This document shows positions 38,948-48,744 of a DNA stretch of 64,000 bases, one piece after another. Every line of letters begins with the position of its first letter. Positions within the stretch are counted from its first letter, which is position 1. The notes beneath the pieces are model-generated. The model was given only the letters and a program-made list of their open reading frames with translations. It was not told the origin of the DNA and made no database searches. The translations under genes were made by a program, and so were the position numbers. Source of the stretch: a virus; IMG/VR virus record IMGVR_UViG_3300036772_000294, positions 1 to 64,000 of that record, one strand, 5' to 3'.

Positions 38948-39796
38948 ATGTCGGTCGATAACACACAAACACTCCAGCAACTTTATGAATCTTTCCTCGA
39001 ATTCCGAGACGGTTTGATGGCGAAGGCTATTGAACGCTCAGTGTTTTCTTCAAAAGGTTCCGACGGAGTAGAGTTTCGCCCTGTAGTGATCATTGAATCA
39101 GAGGACGATTATCGTTACTGGCAAGACCAGTTTGCTACATGGAAGTCTTACGCAAATAAGCTTAAAGAAGGCAGGCCGCTGATTTACCACGATACAAACC
39201 GCCAGGTTCATCCTCTGCCGGAAATTGTGAATAACATCACTGCCGTGACCATCCAGCTCTCGTCAGCAACCAGCTCGAAACGCTGGACAACCGCAGGCAT
39301 CATTAAAGTGTTGCTGCAGCGCCGTGATGCGACACTTACGAAGCTCCCGCCGGAGCCAGAGCTGGTGGATGCTTATGAAGCAGAGATTGAGCGCTTTGCC
39401 GCCTACGCAGATGATTACGAGTTCATGCTTCGTCGAACCGGCTACGAGGATACTATTCTTCAGCTCAAAGATAATGACGGCCAGGTCGCGAAATATCATG
39501 TGTCCCGTTTCGGCGCCTTCATCTATAACAACGGCAATAAGATCGTCGTAAGCGAAGCCGCAGCGCGAGCCCGCAAATCCATTTATGACACCCTTGAGCC
39601 AATCCCATGCATGGCATTTCTCAGCGGCGCGCTTTACGCGATTCCTGATAATGAAGCTGCATTGAAAAAATCCAAGCAGGAAGCGGCCAAGGCTGCCGGT
39701 GTTAAACGGATGAAACGTAAAAACGATGAGAAAGTCGCGTCAGCTAAGGCGGCGCAGTCTAAATCCAACGTTCGTACCGGTGAAGAACAGGAATAA
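38948..39796 (+). CDS. c1: Primary repressor C1-like
   Basis: QLYESFLEFRD...KAIER...RPVV...TTAGII...GYEDT...YHV...SIYDTLEPI matches P1 C1; convergent with pacB. Confidence 0.85.
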   Translation: MSVDNTQTLQQLYESFLEFRDGLMAKAIERSVFSSKGSDGVEFRPVVIIESEDDYRYWQDQFATWKSYANKLKEGRPLIYHDTNRQVHPLPEIVNNITAVTIQLSSATSSKRWTTAGIIKVLLQRRDATLTKLPPEPELVDAYEAEIERFAAYADDYEFMLRRTGYEDTILQLKDNDGQVAKYHVSRFGAFIYNNGNKIVVSEAAARARKSIYDTLEPIPCMAFLSGALYAIPDNEAALKKSKQEAAKAAGVKRMKRKNDEKVASAKAAQSKSNVRTGEEQE

Positions 39797-39844
39797 CCAC
39801 CAGCCGCCGTCAATGGGCTCAAATTTGTTGAGCCCATTTCAATC

Positions 39845-41350
39845 CTAAGCTGCTCCGTTCAGTTCCGCCTTCAGCCATTCCTCAATATTGTTTCGCTCAG
39901 CCGCTACCTCATCATTCAGCACTTCATTAGCCGGTATATAGTGCGCCAGGTGCGCAAAACAGTGTGTATCCCAATGGTCGGGGGAAGGAATGTTGTGTTT
40001 AGCCCGCATTTCTTTTTTCGGCATAATTGCCCACTGGCCAAGCTCGTTAATGCCACACGGAATCTTACTGGCCTCACTGATCGTTTTGGTATTGGCGGTT
40101 AGCCGATGGCGTCCCTGCTTAACGGCATCTCGGGCCATAATGTTTGCGTAAGCCCTTTCATTCTTGAACCGCTTCTTGTCGTCGGTGCTGTGCATTGGCC
40201 TCCCCCAGCGTATACGCTGCACGCGAAGCCCTGAACGCTCGGCTATTGTCGCAGTATCAGCACCTACACCGTCGCCATCGATAACCACCGTCATGTTTGG
40301 ATACAGCTCTGGGCGACACTGGCCAACGATATACTGCCCAAAACTGATAGGATCGCAGGTCCCCGGCATTTCTATCTCAGCATGCGGTACAACGCGCCGT
40401 TTCATACGATAGCCGCTTACCTTAAAGATGGAGATAACGCTCTTATCGCGACCGTTCCCCACGTCACAGCATGCAATCCAGCCCCAGCCCCTCTTCAGCC
40501 TAACCTGCCGGCGCGCGGCAAGGTCACACTCATGGCGGCCCAGCAGGTAGCCCGACACATTTTGAGGGAACTGGCCCAATACCTTGATCTGATACTCTGG
40601 CGCGTCCCTGCCCCCATATTCCACCATCTTATCTTTGATGAATTTTACGGTAACGAGCGGAGACTCTTCCGAGTTGAGCACAATTGCCGTGTACTCTCCG
40701 TCCGGGTTCTCCTCGGACTTCGCCAGGCTGTGATGTGACTCATAGAAATGTCCAGTTGGGCGGGTTGGCTGTGATAGTAGCAGCAGCCGGTTATCAGTTT
40801 GGGTGAGCGCGCCGCGCAGTACGCTTAGCGCCTTGTCTGACAGGCCGCTGGCTTCATCGACAATGATAAGCAAGTGATCGGCGTGCTCGCCGGCTAACGC
40901 TTCTTCATTACCCAGGCGGTAGCCTTTCCCCTGGACGCTCCAGACACCTTTGCGGGTCCTTTCGTAAAACATGGTGTCCGTGACAACAAAGTAATTTTGA
41001 AGCCATGGCGCTCGTTTTATGCAGGTATTCCAGTTCTCTTTGAGGTATTTGAAGACACCCGTTTTAACCTGGTCCAGTTTGTTGGCCACCAGCACGACAC
41101 GGGCGCCCGGAAAGGAAAGCATAAAGCACAGTAGCATGATCGATGTCATGTCCGATTTACCGGTGCCGTGCCCGGAGGCTACTGTCGTTCGGCTGCCTAT
41201 TTGCTGGACCGAGTCAATTATCTCGTCCTGCTGGAATGTTGGGTATTTACCAAAAAGTTCTGCGGCCGCCAGGTGCCAGTTATAGCGATAACGCCGGACA
41301 AAATCGCGGTAACGAATATCGGTAGTGACACTGCGGATCTTGCGAGCCAT
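39845..41350 (-). CDS. pacB: Terminase large subunit PacB
   Basis: SGHGTGKS Walker A, IIVDEASG Walker B, CDVG and SPDHWD nuclease motifs. Confidence 0.95.
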   Translation of the reverse strand: MARKIRSVTTDIRYRDFVRRYRYNWHLAAAELFGKYPTFQQDEIIDSVQQIGSRTTVASGHGTGKSDMTSIMLLCFMLSFPGARVVLVANKLDQVKTGVFKYLKENWNTCIKRAPWLQNYFVVTDTMFYERTRKGVWSVQGKGYRLGNEEALAGEHADHLLIIVDEASGLSDKALSVLRGALTQTDNRLLLLSQPTRPTGHFYESHHSLAKSEENPDGEYTAIVLNSEESPLVTVKFIKDKMVEYGGRDAPEYQIKVLGQFPQNVSGYLLGRHECDLAARRQVRLKRGWGWIACCDVGNGRDKSVISIFKVSGYRMKRRVVPHAEIEMPGTCDPISFGQYIVGQCRPELYPNMTVVIDGDGVGADTATIAERSGLRVQRIRWGRPMHSTDDKKRFKNERAYANIMARDAVKQGRHRLTANTKTISEASKIPCGINELGQWAIMPKKEMRAKHNIPSPDHWDTHCFAHLAHYIPANEVLNDEVAAERNNIEEWLKAELNGAA

Positions 41351-42486
41351 TACTCACTATCCTCATGCGCCGCTGACGAGTAATACTCGCTCGTTGCCTC
41401 ATCGTCCCAATCATCATCATCGTCGTCGTCATCCAGAAGTATTCCTCCCTCATGCAGGAGGCCTTCTGTATTTACGTCACCGAAGCCCTTTTGATCGGAT
41501 AGCAGCTGAATCTCTTCACGGCGCTGAGGCAAGAATTCGTTGAGCTGCCTTGCCCGCTTCCGGGCGTATATCTGCGCCTCGTCATCGAGCTGTTCGTCGC
41601 TCCACTCTTCCCCCAGATCAATCTCCGGCTCAATGAGGCGCAGCTCGTTAGCCATCATCTTCTCAAGTGCTGGTGGCACACGTACCCCTTGAGCCTCTAT
41701 GTATGTGGCCGTATCGATAGCCGACCAGTCTTTCTCTTCCTTCAGCCGGAACGCCTCAATGACTACACGCCGATCCAACGCCTTTTGCTCCTCACGAAAG
41801 GCTTCCCGCTTTGCTTTGTCCCGGCTTTGCTTAATCTGGATGAGGGTCCGTAGGCTACCCGCAAGCGGCTCCGCCGTGCTGGCGATCATGCCGAGCTTTT
41901 TTACTTCTACCGGCGGGCCACCACTATCTGCATCTTTATCGCCACTATCTGATGAGTTATCCAACGCCTCGAGCGCCTCATCCCGGCAGGAAGAAATCAA
42001 ATGGACGTGGGCCACCAGGTGAGCGAAAGCGTAATCCTCAAGATTTTCAACCAAACCATTGTCGATCATGGCCTGGGCCTGGAGTATTTCGTCAGGCGTA
42101 AGCTGGGTGTATACACCGCTGGTCATGCTGGCCCGGTTACCTGGCGCGAACGCACGCCCACGGGGGCGGTTCTTTTTTGCAGGGATCAGTTTTGCGCTTT
42201 TGGGTATCTGATCCCCTTTCGCTGGCAGCAGTGTGCCGGATGTGATCTCATCGTTTATTTTGCTGTTTTTTCTGGCTTTTTTAGTTCTTGATAGTTTCGA
42301 AAACGAGGGATCATTCTTCGGATCATTTACTGGATCAGCTTGAGAGTGATCTCGGTCTGTTTTCCGAAGGTGCTTGCGGGCAGTATTGGCATTGAGTCCG
42401 TGCAGCTCAGCATAAGCGGCAATAGACAGGCCACCGTTGGCAGCTGCCATGGCTGAGTATTTTTTCTTATGCTCTTCCCAATTCAC
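41350..42486 (-). CDS. pacA: Terminase small subunit PacA
   Basis: N-terminal HTH (YAELHGLNANTARKHL), FAPGN motif, acidic tail. Confidence 0.85.
   Translation of the reverse strand: MNWEEHKKKYSAMAAANGGLSIAAYAELHGLNANTARKHLRKTDRDHSQADPVNDPKNDPSFSKLSRTKKARKNSKINDEITSGTLLPAKGDQIPKSAKLIPAKKNRPRGRAFAPGNRASMTSGVYTQLTPDEILQAQAMIDNGLVENLEDYAFAHLVAHVHLISSCRDEALEALDNSSDSGDKDADSGGPPVEVKKLGMIASTAEPLAGSLRTLIQIKQSRDKAKREAFREEQKALDRRVVIEAFRLKEEKDWSAIDTATYIEAQGVRVPPALEKMMANELRLIEPEIDLGEEWSDEQLDDEAQIYARKRARQLNEFLPQRREEIQLLSDQKGFGDVNTEGLLHEGGILLDDDDDDDDWDDEATSEYYSSAAHEDSE
42184..42351. other. pac site candidate
   Basis: Seven GATC sites (42184, 42210, 42244; 42309, 42321, 42333, 42348) within the 5' part of pacA. 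Confidence 0.75.
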
Positions 42487-42507
42487 TGTTTTATTGCCTA
42501 CAGCTAG

Positions 42508-42517
42508 TTATCCTAAA
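42508..42517. promoter_or_regulatory. Operator-like motif TTATCCTAAA
   Basis: Exact copy upstream of pacA. Confidence 0.65.
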
Positions 42518-42617
42518 CGTTGGCTTTATTCTATTAGATAAATACCCATGAGTGTGAATAGCGTGGTTTGACGATGTGGCCGGTTCAGTGCAGCGTGAAT
42601 TTGCTCTAATTAATTGC

Positions 42618-43355
42618 CTAAAAGTCTATGTCGTCACTGTCTGCTGGTTGTTCCAGGGTAATAGGTGGCGGCGTAGTTAGAACTGGTAACTTTCTATATG
42701 TTAAAGCTGAGCTTCCCCCAGTCTTTGGAAAGAAATAAAACGAGTCATGAAAGAGTTCTGTTGTGTAAAATTCCACCGATTTCTTAGCCATATGATCCAT
42801 CAGCCCTATGTGAAGCAAATAAGTCAGAGCCTTATTCAAGTCGGGCAAGGTACAATTTAGTTTGTCGCAAATCGTCTTCTTCCTTGCCAGTGTGTACTCG
42901 TATTTATTGTCTCTCGCATACAGAAGGTACAAGTATGCCTGAAGAGCAATGAGCTCGAATGGATAACGATTGTGCATGGACTGGAACGAATTTATGTTTT
43001 TTTCTTCATCTACTAATCCTTTAAATGGCAACTTGCACCACCCATCATTGAGCTTACCATCTACATCGACGGTATAGATTTTCTTCCTTGGTGTCATACA
43101 TAGGTTCTTTATAAGCCCCTTTTTAAAAAGGATTTTTAACCCCTCGCTTACAAGAGAGCGGCTCAGCGAAGCGATCCTGGTAAGCTCAGTGAATGTCAGA
43201 CAGACAGTCCTAACTCCGTTGAGCTCTTCTTTACCAAAGAGGCAAAACACAATGTAGATTTTGAGAGCAGCAATCGCCTTCGCTGTATCAAGAGTATTAA
43301 ACTCAGTGATGCGTGAGCCGATCCAAAGAGATGGCATTTTTTTCCAAAAAAGCAT
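42618..43355 (-). CDS. Tandem winged-HTH protein of unknown function
   Basis: Internal duplication WKKMP..ALKIY..HTH / WCKLP..ALQAY..HTH; GAGGAG RBS; AT-rich. Confidence 0.65.
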   Translation of the reverse strand: MLFWKKMPSLWIGSRITEFNTLDTAKAIAALKIYIVFCLFGKEELNGVRTVCLTFTELTRIASLSRSLVSEGLKILFKKGLIKNLCMTPRKKIYTVDVDGKLNDGWCKLPFKGLVDEEKNINSFQSMHNRYPFELIALQAYLYLLYARDNKYEYTLARKKTICDKLNCTLPDLNKALTYLLHIGLMDHMAKKSVEFYTTELFHDSFYFFPKTGGSSALTYRKLPVLTTPPPITLEQPADSDDIDF

Positions 43356-43653
43356 TGGCTATCTCCTCAGCGTAATCTGTAAACCAAAAGCAATATTGCT
43401 ACTGCAGTTACTAGTTGAGTAAGGGCAGGAGCAATCTGACCGACCCTCTCCAGCAAAGCGACAATTTCTGCCATATGTTTAATCATTTTCTGCCCCATAA
43501 GTTGTCTTTGATGGGGTGATTATTTCATTGTTTTAATGCTTTGTGTTTAGAGTCTAAGAATCTATCTAGAAAGAAGATATCATGCATATGATTACATATC
43601 TAGATGATAAATATGATCATTTAGTTTCATTATGGTACTACAGGATACTTTAA

Positions 43654-43674
43654 TATGGTTCACGGTGAACCATA
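43654..43674. promoter_or_regulatory. Perfect palindrome, putative operator
   Basis: TATGGTTCAC-G-GTGAACCATA. Confidence 0.5.
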
Positions 43675-43843
43675 CATTTTGGAACGAACCTATTTTTGAC
43701 CTTACCAAGCAAAGCCGTTACAAATGATTTATGTCATATTTATGTCACGCCAAACGTTGACGACAGCAGCTCATATTTGCCAGAATGGTTAACGCAGCAC
43801 AGAAGCTGCGCTTACACGTTTGAACATTGCAAAGGACAAACAA

Positions 43844-44950
43844 ATGACTGACAAAATCACGCTGGTTGCTGTTGATGGCGGCTCAGGCAACATAGCTATC
43901 CGCTTTAAAAACGGGGCGGGTGAAGAGCAAGAAAGTATTACCCCCGCAAGAATTCGCAGAGGTGTAACGAAGAAGAATAACCGTGACTCCGTAACAGCTT
44001 GGGAAACTGTAAACGGTGAGACGTATTCGACTGAGGGGGCAGTAAACAATCAGGATGTTATCGATACCTGCGATCCGAACTATCAAACCAGCGATGCTAA
44101 CCGCGTGTTGGTCATTAACGCCCTGGCTCAATCCGGGCTTGCCGGCAAAGACATCGTAATAGGCGACACGCTTCCGGCAGCGCAGTTTTATAGCGATACC
44201 GATGCTATTAACCGCCCCTTGATTGCGGCGAAAAAGGAAAGTCTGCGCCAGCAGCTGAAGAACGTTAGTGGCGACATCAAAGCGCCGGTTATACGGGACG
44301 TCATTATTTTTCCTGAAGCTGTCGCGGCGTATGCGGCTTGCACCACCGACGAACGTGGAAAAACGCGGCCTGAATTTGTAGGTGTTGAAAAAACGCTGGT
44401 TGTAGACCTGGGGCGCTTTACATGCGATATCGCGGTTGTCACCCCTGATAAAACGATAATCTCCCGGCGCACATCAGAGAATGGCGTCCAGAAGATGATT
44501 CAGCGCCTCCATATGCTCTTGCAGAAGAATGAGGCGGCTCTGGGCCTTACCGAGGCCAAAGAAATCAATCTCACGGCTTTGGACGACTATATCAATCTTG
44601 GCTATATAGGTTCGAAAGCCGCGGCACGGGAAAAGGACCGGATTGATATTAAGCCCCTTGTCCATCAAGCTGCAGAATCCCTCGCTCTCGATGTGTTCAA
44701 TGACATTCGTAGCACTCATCGCAACCTGATTGATATTGACGTCGTGCTCTTCGTCGGCGGCGGCGCCAATTGGCTAGGCGGTAAGCTAAGCTATCTCCCA
44801 AACTTCGCAGAAAACTGGCATTCTTACGTTTATATTCCTGACGAGCCCCAAATGGCTAACGTGCGTGGTGTTTATCGCGAACTGATAGCCTATGAGGACG
44901 AAATTATTGCTTCCGTTCTGGAAAAATCAGAGGGGATAGCCACCAGCTAA
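43844..44950 (+). CDS. parM: ParM/StbA actin-like partition ATPase
   Basis: VDGGSGNI, FPEAVAA, VDLGRFTCD, VGGGA and ANVRG actin-fold motifs. Confidence 0.9.
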   Translation: MTDKITLVAVDGGSGNIAIRFKNGAGEEQESITPARIRRGVTKKNNRDSVTAWETVNGETYSTEGAVNNQDVIDTCDPNYQTSDANRVLVINALAQSGLAGKDIVIGDTLPAAQFYSDTDAINRPLIAAKKESLRQQLKNVSGDIKAPVIRDVIIFPEAVAAYAACTTDERGKTRPEFVGVEKTLVVDLGRFTCDIAVVTPDKTIISRRTSENGVQKMIQRLHMLLQKNEAALGLTEAKEINLTALDDYINLGYIGSKAAAREKDRIDIKPLVHQAAESLALDVFNDIRSTHRNLIDIDVVLFVGGGANWLGGKLSYLPNFAENWHSYVYIPDEPQMANVRGVYRELIAYEDEIIASVLEKSEGIATS

Positions 44951-44960
44951 AAGGTGAACA

Positions 44961-45380
44961 ATGACAACAACAAGGGCAAGAACACTGGTTCAGTTTGATT
45001 TTAATGACTACCAGACGCAGGACGTTGCTATGGGCCGATTTTATGCCGAATACAAAGGCACCAACCGCCGGTCGTTGAAGTCGAAAATGGCTACTGATGT
45101 GCTGCAGGCTGGATCGTTGTTACGAGAAGCAGACCTGTGCGCTCTAATGGACCTGATAGACAAGCCCCAATACGCCGCAGCATCAGTGACTGAACGTCGC
45201 AAAATGATTCTGTCGATGATAAACGGTGCGTTGGGCTTGTTCGGGGATGTTGAGCCACCAGCTACGCCCGCTGAACAACCAACACCCTCAGTAGCGGCTA
45301 TCAGCAAAAAAGATGAAAGCGAAATTAACGAGGTAAATGAAAAACCCGCTCATAGCAAGAAAGGGTTCCTCGGCGCTTAA
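44961..45380 (+). CDS. ParR/StbB-like adaptor
   Basis: Directly after parM; flexible C-terminus ending in hydrophobic residues; followed by a hairpin. Confidence 0.6.
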   Translation: MTTTRARTLVQFDFNDYQTQDVAMGRFYAEYKGTNRRSLKSKMATDVLQAGSLLREADLCALMDLIDKPQYAAASVTERRKMILSMINGALGLFGDVEPPATPAEQPTPSVAAISKKDESEINEVNEKPAHSKKGFLGA

Positions 45381-45587
45381 GTTCTGTTTAACCAGCCCCA
45401 CCATTACTACTAGCGGTGGGGCTTACTCTCTAACAACCCCACCAGCAACTGATCTACTCACATTAGATTTCTTTTGAGGCTAGCTTAAATTTTTTTGAAA
45501 TTAAGCTCATAAATATCCTATAGTCGGATTGTGGACACGAAGTCCCAATTGTGCGGTAAGTGCAATTTTTATCTATGGAGAAATATT

Positions 45588-45791
45588 ATGAATGGTTCAA
45601 TTACAACCATAACAAAGCATAGCTATATGAGCTTAGAAAAACGTTTGAAGGAGATAGCTCGTGCCTGGCGGGAGTTGGAAAAATTCGGACGTTCGGTGTG
45701 GCGAGATGAATTAATGAGCAAGCTATTAGCTGAATTCGTTCGTCTAATACCGCAAGCCAAATACTATGGTTTTATTACAGATAAAAAATAG
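45588..45791 (+). CDS. Small hypothetical protein
   Basis: GGAG RBS, 67 aa, terminator-like hairpin at about 45808-45830. Confidence 0.5.
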   Translation: MNGSITTITKHSYMSLEKRLKEIARAWRELEKFGRSVWRDELMSKLLAEFVRLIPQAKYYGFITDKK

Positions 45792-45934
45792 ATTCGATCT
45801 GGTTTTTTAAGGGGTGGAAGCCCCTTTTTTAAGCATATGAAGACGCGAGAAGCGGATTGACTAACATTCTGCCCAAGCATCGTCTTTGTATGCAGCCCCC
45901 ATTGGGAGGCTGCATTAGCATTCTTACCTGAACA

Positions 45935-46015
45935 TTAACGAGCTTCCAGGTAATCCAGGATGGCCATGATAATGACCAACACTGCTTGCACGATTTTTAA
46001 AGCTAGTACCACCAT
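45935..46015 (-). CDS. TisB/DinQ-like type I membrane toxin (26 aa)
   Basis: MVVLALKIVQAVLVIIMAILDYLEAR; hairpin at 45890-45915 downstream. Confidence 0.7.
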   Translation of the reverse strand: MVVLALKIVQAVLVIIMAILDYLEAR

Positions 46016-46253
46016 AGTGTCACCAATTTCGTGGTTCTCACCTTCCCGTGAAAGCCCTTGGGTTTTCATTCACGGTATGTGTGCATCGTGCTGACAGATA
46101 CACTCGCGGCTCGAATTGGTTTGGGCTCAGTTCCCGCATCACCAGGAACTGGAAAATCTAAATACTCTTTTTTTTTAGTCTGTTAGTTCAGCCGAACAAA
46201 ATAATCCCGCTAAAAGTTTGTCGTTCTCTGCCCGTATACGTTAATCTTACCTC

Positions 46254-46347
46254 GCTGGCAGATACACTCGCCGAAAGTGACGTTCGAAGCTTTAGCTGGA
46301 AATTTCACTTTAAGAAAAGCCTGGACTCATCATCCGGGCTTTTTTTT
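46254..46347 (+). ncRNA. Putative antitoxin sRNA
   Basis: TTGTCG-N18-TAATCT promoter; first 18 nt complementary to the toxin leader (46090-46107); terminator with T-run. Confidence 0.65.
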
Positions 46348-46385
46348 ATCCAAAATTCCCAACAATGATTCTTTCTTATAGATAA

Positions 46386-46433
46386 ATACTATATATAGGT
46401 GTCTAACCCTATGTCATTGCCTATATGCTGAGT
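46386..46433. promoter_or_regulatory. Second NrdR-box-like tandem
   Basis: ATACTATATATAGGTG and the weaker TGCCTATATGCTGAGT, 32 bp apart. Confidence 0.35.
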
Positions 46434-46682
46434 ATTCTAGTAACTAATCGGCTGAGAACAAGTATTAATTTCGCCGGGGATTTGAGGTTGTGACAGGCTG
46501 AAATTCGCTAAGTCCACGGCACATAAGGCCCGTAGGATTTGTCAATGGGATGCAAAAAAAATGATAATTTTGATCGAATGCTGATTTCTTAAACTTTATG
46601 GATAATCGGGTTACGTACTTTTACTCAAAACAGTTATTCAAACCTTTCAAATAAATTTATCCATGCTCTCCGGCAATTATCA

Positions 46683-47057
46683 TCAAGCACTTTTCCGAAC
46701 ATTTCGGAGTAGCCGATCCAGCATATGCATCATTGGCACATACTCGTCCGGTCGTTGTCTTTTCTTTCTCGGCTTGTTCACGTCCATGGCCAGACGCGTT
46801 TTCATGTGTCGGAAGTATTTCTCTTTGATGGATATCAGCCGGAACTTGTGCGGCCGCCCACTCTGGCAATGACATACCGCGTTCGCGGAAGTTGAGAATT
46901 CCAGGCAGCGGTTATAGACCGAGGCTTGTTGAACCTGGTGATCGGGATACCGAACCTGAAGAATGTCAGTTAGCTGGCGGGCTGTAACGTAATCGCCAAG
47001 CTCCAGCATTAGCGCAGATATTTCCCTGCTTGTAATGTTGGGTTTGCTGACGATCAT
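46683..47057 (-). CDS. lpa: Late promoter activator Lpa-like
   Basis: Downstream of the pdcB-like gene; YVTARQL..IL..YP..V...VY.R and RPHKF..S..YFR pattern resembles P1 Lpa. Confidence 0.7.
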   Translation of the reverse strand: MIVSKPNITSREISALMLELGDYVTARQLTDILQVRYPDHQVQQASVYNRCLEFSTSANAVCHCQSGRPHKFRLISIKEKYFRHMKTRLAMDVNKPRKKRQRPDEYVPMMHMLDRLLRNVRKSA

Positions 47058-47113
47058 GAAAGCTCCTGGCGGTTTAATCACGGTGGCTAATGTGGGGGTG
47101 ACAATAATACCTC

Positions 47114-47143
47114 TTATCCTAAACATTGAATTTATTTTGTCAA
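47114..47143 (-). promoter_or_regulatory. sigma70 promoter with overlapping operator-like motif
   Basis: TTGACA-N16-TAGGAT, the -10 lying inside TTTAGGATAA (47114-47123). Confidence 0.7.
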
Positions 47144-47197
47144 AATTAAGGCGTAAAAAAAGGCAGAGCCTGAGCTCTGCCTGTGAGTTTATTCCTT

Positions 47198-48361
47198 CTA
47201 TGCGGCTACCTTACCGTGTTCTGCTTCCCATTCCTGAACACGCTTTCGGCCCAATGCAATAGCAGCACGCGCTGACGTTTCGCTCATGCCTTTCATCTCG
47301 CTCAGCGTAGCCGGTGAATGGGACATCAGATAACGCAATGTCGGAATATTCCCCGCCTCCAGCGCGCTAAGTGTTCGTGCTGGCAGGCCCAGGTCGGCAA
47401 TGTAAATGCTGTCTGCCCACAGCGCGCGCTCCACCAGCAGCGGGTGCGATTCACTCAGGAGGGACACAATACGGTCGCACAATCCCCCATCAAGTTCTGA
47501 TGGCCAGTCGCCTTTAAAGAGTCCCAGGCTTGAACGAACCGGCGTACACCACTCTGTAGGCTGTACCAGTAGATCCACGCCAACAGTGGAACGCACGACA
47601 ATGTGCCATGGCAGTTTATCCACCAGCACGATATCTCTGTCCTGAATACGTGACTTAAGGGCGAACTGGTAAACGTAGATAAAGAATTCAGTACCCTTGT
47701 ATCCGTAGAAGATCTGGCCGTGAACATTCCCCTCCGTTTTTTCCAGATTCGACCAGGCCGTTTTTAGCTTCCCGATAAGCGTTACATTGTGGTCCTGCAA
47801 TTCGAGATTGTCGGCCTTGAGTTTGTTATTAGCTTTACGCAGCTCCCGCGCTTCATCGGCCTGCTTATCAATGGTGGCATTTTTCTCTTTAAGCTCTTTG
47901 CTTTTACGCGCCAGCTGGTCGGCCTGCCGTTGCGGATTAAGAGATTTTAGGCTGTGATTCTCGGCTTTCAAATCACTCTCGACCAACAGCTTAACCTTCA
48001 GTGCCTGACGAAACTCCTCAGCTTTATTCAGCGCCTCGTCGCGAGCAAATTCCAGATCCGCTATGCGATCGCATAGTTCCTTTTGGCCTTCATCCATACG
48101 TTGCTGGGTGTCGGTGAGCTGCGCCTGCACGGTTAGCAGCTGGACCTGCAATTTTTCGCATTGCTCCACCAGCTCGTTGTATTCGTCGTAGTCCTCATTT
48201 TGACGGTTTATCAGCAGCGCTTGTGTCTGGTTGATGTGCGTATCAGCACTCTCCAGCACGGCGATTAACAGATCAGACCCTCGGGCTTGGTTAATCGCCA
48301 GTTTGATTTGCGCGCGCAGGGGTTCGAACATCGTAACGATGGTGTTTTCTTCTTGAGACAT
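47198..48361 (-). CDS. PdcB-like coiled-coil protein with alpha-CTD-like HhH C-terminus
   Basis: Long coiled coil; IADLGLPARTLSALEAGNIPTL...MKGMSETS. Confidence 0.6.
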   Translation of the reverse strand: MSQEENTIVTMFEPLRAQIKLAINQARGSDLLIAVLESADTHINQTQALLINRQNEDYDEYNELVEQCEKLQVQLLTVQAQLTDTQQRMDEGQKELCDRIADLEFARDEALNKAEEFRQALKVKLLVESDLKAENHSLKSLNPQRQADQLARKSKELKEKNATIDKQADEARELRKANNKLKADNLELQDHNVTLIGKLKTAWSNLEKTEGNVHGQIFYGYKGTEFFIYVYQFALKSRIQDRDIVLVDKLPWHIVVRSTVGVDLLVQPTEWCTPVRSSLGLFKGDWPSELDGGLCDRIVSLLSESHPLLVERALWADSIYIADLGLPARTLSALEAGNIPTLRYLMSHSPATLSEMKGMSETSARAAIALGRKRVQEWEAEHGKVAA

Positions 48362-48424
48362 GGGCGTGTTACCTTTGAAATATGTTCTGAAGAGCCTTAT
48401 TCAGGCTCTGGTAAAATGCGGAAA

Positions 48425-48598
48425 TTAAGATTTCACTTGAGCTGTGGCCGCGCTGAGCATTCCAGCAAGCCCGGTTGATCCAATCAGCACCAGCGCCGCC
48501 GAAAGGCCAGTTAACCAATATGCGTGGATATCGAAGCTAAAGCCCAGCAGCGCGCAACCGGCAATGAATATGGATAAAAGAACGTAAGTAATTAGCAT
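48425..48598 (-). CDS. Small 2-TM protein (57 aa)
   Basis: AGGAG RBS; MLITYVLLSIFIAG... Confidence 0.6.
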   Translation of the reverse strand: MLITYVLLSIFIAGCALLGFSFDIHAYWLTGLSAALVLIGSTGLAGMLSAATAQVKS

Positions 48599-48612
48599 GT
48601 TTACTCCTGCCG

Positions 48613-48744
48613 TTAAGTGGCTGCACCTGTCAGAAAAATTGCACCAAAGAGGAAATACCCCCAACCGTTCAGCCCATTGATTGCCATATAGGCAGCCGCT
48701 ATGGCGCAGATAATGCCTGGTATAATCAGTATTCCGGCTTTCAA
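48613..48744 (-). CDS. Small 2-TM protein (43 aa)
   Basis: TTG start overlapping the upstream TGA; MKAGILIIPGIICAIAAAYMAINGLNGWGYFLFGAIFLTGAAT. Confidence 0.55.
   Translation of the reverse strand: MKAGILIIPGIICAIAAAYMAINGLNGWGYFLFGAIFLTGAAT

Noticed and set aside
42600-42616. TTTGCTCTAATTAATTG, 14/17 match to the P1 C1 operator
   Set aside because: Single AT-rich copy; the recurrent motif here is different.
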